NCBI GenBank assembly: GCA_050273025.1
Contig: CP158635.1
Location: 1,054,001-1,118,000, forward strand
Direction: 5' to 3'
Length of the DNA stretch: 64,000 nucleotides
Source of the DNA: Cenococcum geophilum
Taxonomy: Eukaryota
Of the stretch, positions 54,120 through 64,000 are shown piece by piece (position 1 is the first letter of the stretch; every line of letters begins with the position of its first letter). Under the pieces are notes generated by a model. That model had not been told where the DNA came from. It saw only the letters and a program-made list of their open reading frames with translations, and ran no database searches. The position numbers were made by a program, and so were the translations under genes.

Positions 54120-55400
54120 TATATACTAGTAACTATATTTGCCAATACTTTAAGACGCCCAGTCAGCCTATAACTGGTAGAGCCTAGTTAACACAATTAG
54201 AGGTCCTAACCTCTACTAAAATACTTAATATCCCTAATAAGGGCTAGAATATCATTAGCGAAAACGGAGATATTCCACTATAAGTTAACAAGATCTTAGG
54301 TCTGTATAGCTTAACAGAGGAGTATCTAAGCTCTTAATATAATCTTTTAAGAGAAGATATAATTAAACTGTTAAGAAAGGCAGTAGGTTAAATTAAAGTA
54401 GACTCTTTTTAGTTTACCGGAATCTAGATATAGTAATAGAGTCGGTATATATAAATAGGTAAGTATACTACAATTCTAAAGTAGTTATCCCCTAATATCT
54501 GCAAGGTCCATACCAGCTTAGTAATATTTTCACCTTAAGGGCTAGTAATCTATATAGCGTTCTTACTTAGAAGAGTAGGGAAGATAATCCGTTAGGATTA
54601 GTTAAAAAGACTAGTTGCCAGGTCTCTAGTTACTTTAACTTCTAAGATTAACAATTTTTAAACAAAATATATACTTGTGACAGTGGCGGTAAGACTATTA
54701 GCTATATTAGAATAGAATCCCCTAAAGGTTAACTTATTCTTTAAGACCTAAAGATATTAAGATTAACTTATCCGTATTATAGACGATGGTTAAGAAATAA
54801 ACTAGATTTTATAAAGTTAGTTACTATACTATATTAGCATTACAAAAGCTAATGAGAGAGCTATAAGTGTGTAATGTTTTTTAAATAAGAAGATATCTAA
54901 CCACTAATAGATTCCCGTTATTAGAATACCTTATTTAAGTTTAATAAAATATTAAAGCACTATAATATGTTATAAATAAGCCTTATACGGATCTTAGTTT
55001 AATTATAGCTATTAAGGATACTTTCTTATTTAAAAATATTTATATTCTTAAAGACTAGTCAAATATAACTACTATAGGGCTTAATAAATCTTAAGCCACT
55101 ATACTAAAACGAGTTCTTATAAAGCGTCTTATAATAATCTAAAGACCTTTAAACACTAGAAAAACGTAGCTTTAAAGGCGTTACTCAGCAATATAATAAT
55201 GGGAGATCCCCCTGTTATTATTATATGTTATATAAACTATACGCTAAACTAGTTATTTAGGTATATTACTTAAAGTAATATATACTTTATAAAATTTCCT
55301 AATACTTCTAACCGTCTTAATACTATCGCTTATACGGATAGACGATATTATACTATATTAGGCGCTAGGGCCATAAAAGTAGAAAGAAGAGGAAGCGTTA
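54120..55400 (+). pseudogene. RIPed, 3'-truncated Hrr1/SAD-3/ZNFX1-like SF1 RNA helicase fragment with introns
   Basis: De-RIPed translation: EEYLSSQYNLLRED (~54318), FSPQGL...FSLRRVGKMIRWDQSKRLVAGSLVAL (~54527-54638), QNPPKVDLFF, HTMLALQKLMRE, Walker A MIQGPPGTGKT (~55134-55166), GDPPVIITCHTNHALDQ (~55202). Introns at ~54459-54505 and ~54863-54910. Confidence 0.8.
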
Positions 55401-55440
55401 GGGCTCCCTCTTTTTATATCTTATATTTTATTTTTTTATA

Positions 55441-55805
55441 TTGTCTTATATTGTCCTGCCATTATCCTACCATTATATTATATTGTCCCATATTGTCCCA
55501 TATTATCCTACCATTATATTATATTATCCTGCCATTATATCATATTATCCTACTATTATGTCACATTGTCCTGCCATTATATTATATTGTCCTGCTATTA
55601 TATCACATTATCCTACCATTATATTATATTGTCCTATTATCGCCCTACTATTGTGTTATATTATCCTAACATTGTCCTATTATTGTCCTGCTATTGTATT
55701 ATATTGTCCTGTTATTGTCCTGCCATTATATTATATTGTCCTATTATTATCCTACTATTATATTATATTGTCCTATTATTATCTTATATTGTCCTGCTAT
55801 TATCT
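55441..55805. repeat. Degenerate minisatellite (ATTGTCCTGCCATTAT-type units)
   Basis: Many 10-21-bp related units; source of the spurious Y/I/L/C-rich ORFs. Confidence 0.9.
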
Positions 55806-56884
55806 TAGTACTGCTATATACTTTTTACTATTTACTAAGATTATAGTTATAGGTATTTATCGGCCAGGATCTAGGCAGTAACTCTTAGCAGTAATTTTAC
55901 TGCCTAAATCTCTTGTAGATCAATCAATTAGCGTAGAGCCGTTGCATTGTAGTAAAGCTATATCTAAGCAATCTATATTATAATCCTTGGCATAGTATTA
56001 CACGTAGAAATATTTAATTGTTAGATTTAGGAAGGTGTTTATATTTTAATTAAATTTATAAGACTATAACTAAGGGCCTTTACGGCGCAGTAGCATGGTA
56101 AGTTCTATAATCGCTTTGGTTTAAGGTTGCTTAGTCACTATAGGAAAGTTATAATACTTGGCGTAGTGTTAAACTTAAGGTACCTCGCCACTACAGTGGC
56201 AGAGATATAGTAGATTAACTGCTTACTAAAATATAGCGCCCCCGTTGCTATAGTAGCCACTACAGTAATAGAGATACCCTATATTTATAAATTTAGATTC
56301 TATATACGGTATAGCTTGCGAATTTAACGCGCTTGCTAATCTAGAGGAGCTTTTGGATTAAAAAGTCGCTAGATTAACCGAACGATCGCGTTAGAATTAG
56401 ATTTAAGCTTTAGCTTAGATATATTTTACGGCCTTTAGATTTAATCTAAAGTTATAACCAAACGTTCCCTAAGATTTAATATAGGGATCTCTCCCTAAGG
56501 ATCTGGTTTGATTGTGAGGTTTAGAAAGGGGTTATAATTTAGTTAAATTTATAAGATTATATTCCAAAGTCCTTATAGCGTAGTAGTATAGTGCGTTCTA
56601 CCTCTTACTATGATTTAGAGCTAGCCTAATATGATTAAAACTTGATATAAAAGAGCCGATATGCTTAGTATATAGTGCTAAGATTTCGTTAAATATATAA
56701 CTTTAGGCGTTATGGGATACGTATAAAAATACGAGCTTAATTTAGAGCCTTACTAACGCCTGATTTAATAGGAAACGACCTTCTTTTTTAATATTTTTGA
56801 TATTTTTAATGCGTAATAAGTGGGAATCGAATCCGCCACGCCTGGGAGTTAAATGCGCGACGTCCAATTGCTTAATCTGGCTAG

Positions 56885-57125
56885 GAGGCTCGGCGGCGAT
56901 GCAATAGGGCTTAATAACGTGATAAGGCTCGACGGCAATGCAATAAGACTTAGCAATGTAATGAGACTTAATGATGTAATAAGGCTCGGCGACGTAATAA
57001 GGCTTAGCGATGTAATGAGACTTAACGATGTAATAAGGCTCGGCAACGTAATAAGGCTTAGCGGTAATGTAATAAAACTTAATGATATAATAAGTCTTAG
57101 CGATATGATAAGGCTTAGGGCCGGG
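56885..57125. repeat. 18-bp minisatellite
   Basis: GTAATAAGGCTCGGCGAC-like unit, about 12 copies. Confidence 0.9.
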
Positions 57126-58329
57126 CAATAAGGGGAAGATTTAAGGTTACTTGGTTATTAATACCTAATAGCAAAATCTAATAGTATAGTACTGCTATTA
57201 AGGTGTTCTAATGCGGGTAGGTTATATAAAGGTTTTGTCCGTAACATATCTAATATATCCTAAAAGTCTGCCTTTTGCTTATCTTTAAGGTTAAATTTCT
57301 GGCCTATAATGAATTAAATGTTATAGTTGGTAAGAGTATAACAAATAATAGTATATTTTGCCCTGTCGTTCTTAAAACCATTAAATATAAAGTAGTAGGT
57401 AGTCTATTAACTTATATCTGTTAGTACCGGCTAATAAAGTGCCTTTAAAACGTACCAATATTAATAATAGCCCTTTTATTTTGTAGTATAATAAGCTTAA
57501 TAGCAACGGGGTTTCGGTCCTTATAATTAAGTACATTTATCTAGCGGAGCTAGGTTTGCTAATTATTCCAGTTAGCATTATATTATAGGTTAATTCGATA
57601 TCTTATACTAATAGAAAAAAGTAGGAGGCAGATTAAATAGAATAATTAGGGTACGCTTTTCTTTGCTATTAGGGATTTTGTATAGACGTTATATAGCGTA
57701 CGGGTAGGAGCTGGTGGTCGTTAAGACGTTATAGGTAGTAGTGAAAGTTTTACACGAGATAGTGAGATCTTAAAAACCACTACTAACGGTTCCCCCTTAT
57801 AGCAGACAACTACGTATATGCGCTGCAACTATGCAATCGGTAGACGAAAGCGGTAGTTATAAACGTTAGTTTGTCTATTCTAATGCCGTCTTACTTTTTA
57901 TAACAATTTAAGATATAAAGGGAGCTTTAGTTATAGAATAATCCTCTTACGTACCAATTAGGCTTTTAGAATAATAAAGATGGCATATATATATAGTCTG
58001 TCAATAAAGAGGATACACCTTAATAGGAATTATTAATGTATATTAGGAATGAGAGTTAGTAGGGTTATAGGCTAGATTACTTAATAGGTATTAAGGTAGT
58101 TAGTAGCCGGAGTAATATTAATCTAAATAAAATTTAAACTTTTTAAGGTTTAGTTAGTTATAAGGTGGTTAATACTAAGATAATATATTACAAAATATTA
58201 AATAGTTGCATATTGTCTATATATATATACATTATGCTAAGACATACTCTTATTATAGGGGGTCGCTGCTCTAATTACACCAGCTACGCTATTTCTATTA
58301 TATTATTATCAGCCTACTAAGTAGGTTAG

Positions 58330-61300
58330 GCTTTAAACACTTTATAAAACTTATTAATCGTTATCCTTTTAGTTATTATACGCCTTGCTAATATAACCAT
58401 ATTAATCGGGTTCTACTTATCCGTACTATACGTTATTAACATAGTAACTACTAGCGCTGGCTGTCTAGATCTAGCAGCTCGGCCGAACACTTGCACCTCT
58501 ATATCTACTATTATTGCTAGTTTAAGCAGATAGACTTTATACGTAGAGACTAAATTTAGACCCTCTCCTTTAACTCTTCGGTTAATAATAAGAAACTAGA
58601 CCATATTATTCTAGTAAGGACCGCCTATTAGAATACAAAACGCTTTATAGATATCCTCCCGGTCTTTTAGGGATATCCTAAACTCTATTTAGTAAATAGT
58701 TAAATATTTAAACTGGCCGAGCCTTTTATAGAAATACTATATTATATTATTAGTAACAGTTTACCACTAGTTTAATGGCTAACTTATAAGGCGTAATAGC
58801 GTATATACCGCTAGTTCGTAACTGCTAAACAGTAGTCTCTTATTAGGATTCCTTTTAAGTACTTTATTAACGTATTTTATAATTCTATTTAGTTTCCTAG
58901 AGTTAGCAATCGTGCTCTAATTCTTCTAAAGTGGATTCTCGTCTAAAGGTTTATCCTATTTTTCACTACGGAACTTATTAACTATCTACCTTAGCTTTAT
59001 TTTAACTTTTGTCTTATCCTTTTACTACACATTCTGCCACTTATCTCCTACCTTAGCTAGGCCTAGAAAGATAGCAAAAATTTTCAATAAGCAACCGGCT
59101 CCCTCTAGAAATTAATCTATATTAAAGACGGGTTCTTCTCCTTTTCTTCCTTTAGCTTTCCAGTATCTAAAAGCTTTATTTAGCTATTTGAAAGCTTTTA
59201 GGGATACTCCACGCTAGAGCTTCTTAATATACAGTTTAAATATTAAATCGTTCATTATATAGCAGTCTTAGTAGACGACCAGTAGTAGCTTATTAATCAC
59301 CCTCCTATCAAACCATTAGTCTTCCCCTATCCTACGCATAATTAAGACCTTTGCAATTAAAGAGGAGTATTCTTTAAAGCCCGTAATAACCTTATTTAAA
59401 AGAGAAGAGTAATTAGCTACTCCTAGCTTTTTATATTTAATTAACGCTTTAACATTACAATTATTAATTAATTTTACATTTAGGGAATCCGTCCAATTAG
59501 GGGCCCTAAAAATTTCTAAGGCGGAAATTAGACTCGTAAAACCTTTACTAGTTAGTATACCAGAAGTAAACACTACTAAAGGTTAAGAGGTGTAGTAGGT
59601 TATTTTACTATTACCGTCCTTATAAGACCGGCCTAGGCGTTAGAAGCGAGGAAATACTGCTTAATTATTATACACTTATTTGGCGATTTTTATCAAATAA
59701 CCTATCTCTAACCTGTCTATATAGAACTTATCGGTAAAAATCCTATTAATAATACAATAAGGACCACCGTCTCTATAGAGATTAAAAATAGTTTTATACT
59801 GTTCCTAAGCGGTCTAGGTTATTACCTAAGTTTATAAGGTCGTAATTATAAGATATAAAGCCGATCTTGGGTCCATTTTCCACCAAACCACTTTACCTTC
59901 TCCTTCGTATTTTATAGGTTTAAGAATATCCCTATCTTTATCTATAAAATTATACTTCTTTATACTAGACCTAATAAAAGCCGTATAACGCACGCGGACT
60001 TATAGTTTGCCTCTAGGAATAAAATTATTTAGTTTTAAGGTCTTAAACTATAATTTAACGTCTTTAACTGCTTAGGGCAGTAGATTCTGTCTAGTAATAT
60101 ATATGGTTAGTCCTACTAGCCAGTTAAGAAATTTTCTGGCGATACTTCCCTTAATATAACAGCACTGTAGCATGCTATCTATTTAACTCGGGCATTGGGC
60201 ATTAGGCAGCTGCGGGTGTTTATCTATACTAGGGGCAAGGTAGAGACTTTTATCTCTACCTTTTTAATTTTTCCAATTAAGCTAGTTAAGGTTAATCTTA
60301 GTTATTAACACGCCGGTATACTAGATTAAAAGCATTTAAAGTATCTTACCTAAACCCATTATATCCGCGAGAAAGGTCCCACCTAGGGTTATATAATTAA
60401 GAAGAGCATAGGTAACACTAAGCAGCTAATATATCTATATAGCTTTACCCTTTTTTATACCGTGTAAGTAAAAGGTTATATCTTAAAGAGTGTTACGAAT
60501 AGTTAACGGAAATAAGAGGAACTATAGCGCCTTTACCCATAATATTAGGTTAATATATACTTCTTGTACGTCCTTTAGGTGATTAACTTCCTAATCAACC
60601 TCTTTAATTTCATCCTTATGCTTATCTTCCAGTTCCTTATTAGTCGAAATAGGGTTAATTAAGGCGTTAAAGTGGCGGCGCTCCCATATGCGGTTAAGAT
60701 TAATTTCCCCAATACAAATTAGGTTAGGGTTATTATTTATATCCTTAAATAATATATTAATAAACATTTCGCGATTAGACTTTGGCCATTTATTACACCA
60801 TCCTTTTATTTTATCCTATGGCATTGTCTTAAATATTTGCACTTTGTCTAGATCTACGCCTTTTAAGAGCTCTAATTTATCTAGTAGGGGCTAGTCTTTA
60901 CTACTATAGGTTTAGCTATAAGCAGTTTTAATTATAGCCAGCCATACGGCTAATAATGCATTAGTAGGTATAGGTAGCGTAGACTTTAGGGTTAACGTAG
61001 GCTTTAGATTTAACTGCTTAGGTATAGGTGGCGTGGACTCTAGGGTTAACTGCTTATAACTACTTTAACCTAGAGCAGGTATATCTATTCTTCTCCTAGT
61101 TAGCACCGGTCGTATAATATTAGGGTTAGAGTTAGACTTAGAATCACCCTTATTAAATCTTATGCCTATAAATATATGTTAGATAACTCTATATAATATT
61201 ATACAATCTTATAAATTATAAAGTCTCTTATGCTTTATAATCCGATTAGGATCTTTAACTCTAATTATAATTGTATTAAGTCCGGCCTTCTTTATAAAAA

Positions 61301-62085
61301 GCACCGTAAATACTAGGTTTATATAGTTGAGAATTAGTATACCAGTAGTTAGATCTACTATAGTCTAGCCATCCCTGTATTTATCTGCTAAGAAGTTTTT
61401 ACTTATTACGGCCTGCAGCTTATTATATCTACAGTAATATATATTAATTTTCTCTAGAGAATCGGATAATAGATGCTTATGCTTAGTTTTTAATGCAAAT
61501 CCGTATAGAATGGGGGCCCTAGTAAATAGCGTTTTGTCTAGGTAACTGTATATAGCAAAGCTCATTTTATAGAATGGTGTAGGTGTAGTATTTAGCTATT
61601 ATAGGGCTTTAATAAACAGATTACTGAGCACCTAGGCAGTCTTAGAGGTTGCCCTTAATCTAAATAAGTTGATAGACTGCTCTCTGGAAGATAAGGCGCT
61701 ACGCTTTTAAATAGTATTAGTTATTATAACCTCTACGCCTTTACGTCTGTTAGTCGTTATATATCGCCATATAGATTTTTTAGCGGCGATAGTAAAAGCT
61801 TTAAACTCTAATGGTAGATCGGATCTCTTAAACACGTGCCTATACTTAATATTAAGAAGGTTAAAAACTATACGCTTAACTCCATTTTATATAAGTTTAG
61901 ACGTTAGCAACCTACCACTAAACGCTTTATTGATTTTGCTAGCATAGTATTAGAGGATTTTACTATATATTTTTTCGTTAATTATAAGTCCTTACTACAG
62001 CTTTAGACCACTTATTTGCGATAAGTTCTTATTAGTTACAGTAGTTAAGTACTAACTAGATTTTAAATGTGGCGCCGCTATTATA
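58330..62085 (-). pseudogene. RIPed SNF2-family helicase/ATPase
   Basis: Motif I reads GGTFLADIMGLGK (de-RIPed ...ADMMGLGKTLQ) at ~60333-60383. Motifs V-VI read EGLNLVS..KVYLL...EVQVFGRAARS(G)Q at ~58455-58565. Ends approximate. Confidence 0.8.
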
Positions 62086-62531
62086 GTTAGGGACCCTATA
62101 TATTTATAAGCGGGTAAAAGCTTAATATAGAATAGTATAGAGTAACTTATAAAGACAGTAGAGCGGATAATATATTAGACAATTAGTAATAATACAATAA
62201 GACAATCCTAACAGTTATGATAAGAAGGTATGCTAATAGTATTAACTTAAGATAATAGCAGATGCTAACGAGAGCGATTTAAAAGCGATATAAGAAATAA
62301 AACGGAATATAAGTCTTAATATAAGAAGTAGGATAAGATGCAAGCTTTAATATAGGTAGTAGAATAAAATATAAGACTTAGAGTAAGAAACGGAACAAAA
62401 GGTATATAGCGAGACGAGATATAAGATTTGCGCTGCTAACTAAGTAAATAACAATAAGAGAGCTGATAATTTTATTCTTCGTGTTATAACTAGTCAGTAA
62501 AGCAGCTCTAAAGAGGTAGGGAAATAAGTTT

Positions 62532-62855
62532 AGGACAATCTAAGACATTAAAAAATGTCCAAGATTGTATGAAAAAGTAAAATATAATATAGCATTTTAT
62601 TCCGCAAGTATAAGGTAAGGCAAAATACATAGTAGAGAGAGGTAGGGGGATAATCCAAGACATTATAAAAGGTCTAAGATTGTATAAAAAAAAGTGAAAT
62701 ATAATATGGTATTTTATCCCATAAGCGTAAGATAAGGTAAAGTACATAGTAGAGAGAGGTAGGGGGATAATCTAAGACATTATAAAAAGTCTAAGATTGT
62801 ATAAAACAAAGTAAAATATAATATAGTATTTTATCCTACAAGCGCAAGATAAGGC
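62532..62855. repeat. ~117-bp tandem repeat x3
   Basis: GATAATCCAAGACATTATAAAAGGTCTAAGATTGTAT...GATAAGG unit occurs three times. Confidence 0.9.
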
Positions 62856-64000
62856 TTTGGGATACCCTTTCACCCAAAGTATAACCTATTTTTAAGCTAT
62901 ATCACTAATAAAGCAACTTTTTTTTAGGTAAGCTGTTACGTCTACTATATAGGCAACCTAAAACTAGTATCCTAGATCCCACTTATGGCTACTACGCCTT
63001 ATATTAAAGATATTCGCTAGACTTATTTATATATAGGTCCCATAGTCCAAATTGTATATTAAGCTATCTATAACACAGCTATTATTACTCTAGCCCTATA
63101 ACACCGTACTCTTATTTATACGCCTTTTTCTTCTATTTCCTGCTATTATCCGCTTAATCTTTTAAACTTCTATAGCCGCCTAAACTAATACTATAGCCTC
63201 TTTGTCTTTAAAAATATAACTACATTAAGCTTAGCTTAGCCTTAATTTCTCTTTAAAAATATAGCTACGTTAAGCTTACCTCGGCCTCAATTTCTCTAAA
63301 CGTATACTACCTAGAAATATATCCCGCCTTATATAACTATTATAAACTCTACCTATAATATAGCGTCTAGTGCCCTAGCGTAGAGCGGGCTCTTTTAAAA
63401 GCCGCATTATAATGCCTTCCAAAGACTAGACACCTAAAGCTTCTTTAGCCGCTATGAATAAGGGAGATGCCAATATACAGATTAACAGTAGCATACTAGG
63501 TAGAGATGGCCCTAATCTTCACAAGCTAGGGTAGGATATTAAGGTTAAGCTGGCTGATCTATAGACTAACCCAAATAACCCGTTCTTTTCTGCTAAATTA
63601 TTTAAAGAGCTCTAACTATATTTTAGCTCTCCGTACCCTAGTAATATATAGGCTCGTGCTAATATATCTGTTTAATAGGAAACCGGAGGTGTTAAAAGGA
63701 ATTCTAGAAATAAACTTTTAAAAGCCGTTAAAGATAAGCAGTTAGCCTATAAGATATAGGCTTTCTATTTAGTTACTTTACGGGCTTTAAATCATCTATA
63801 TTATTGCTAATACCTATTATCCAGCCTAACCCTTTAGCGTTACTCTAATAATAAATATAAGACTTCCGGGCAGCAGCTTAAGTTAGATATTGGTTAGAAC
63901 TCTATATACCTAAAACCAGATATTATAGTTCTAAGTACTAACTTATTCAGTTATCTCAACTTAACTAGCACTACCCTTAATCCTCCCTTTTTTCTTATTA

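Noticed and set aside
55441..57131. Low-complexity ORFs
   Set aside because: Translations of minisatellites.
59316..62747. Short ORFs at 59.3-62.7 kb
   Set aside because: Remnants or antisense frames of the RIPed SNF2 relic and a tandem repeat.

Overview
Fungal (filamentous ascomycete-like) AT-rich block showing heavy repeat-induced point mutation (RIP): TpA is pervasive, CpA/TpG is depleted and ORFs are broken by TAA/TAG. Bases 1-38.3 kb are nested dead transposons, many with boundaries resolvable by eye from LTRs, TIRs and target-site duplications (TSDs): three Ty3/Gypsy chromovirus-type elements, a further Gypsy-type LTR+gag family (one copy at 1-1449, another at 45.4-48.3 kb), two Copia elements (probably GalEa-like), two hAT elements, a gag-only non-autonomous LTR element, a pogo/Fot1-like MITE and several solo LTRs. 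A ~4 kb un-RIPed GC-balanced island (about 38.9-42.9 kb) holds the only convincing intact gene, a 555-aa multi-pass membrane protein of unknown function. Bases 43-64 kb are RIPed but gene-like, including a SNF2-family ATPase relic and an intron-containing fragment of an Hrr1/SAD-3/ZNFX1-type RNA helicase, which suggests cargo of a large multi-copy element. Highlights: (1) a CCAAT-flanked double-palindrome module shared by Gypsy, Copia, gag-only and hAT elements; (2) a nearly intact 421-bp TRIM with a Tf1-type self-priming site and a tRNA T-arm; (3) a captured fragment of an RNA-silencing helicase. All calls were made by eye, with no database searches; de-RIPed readings are my reconstructions.
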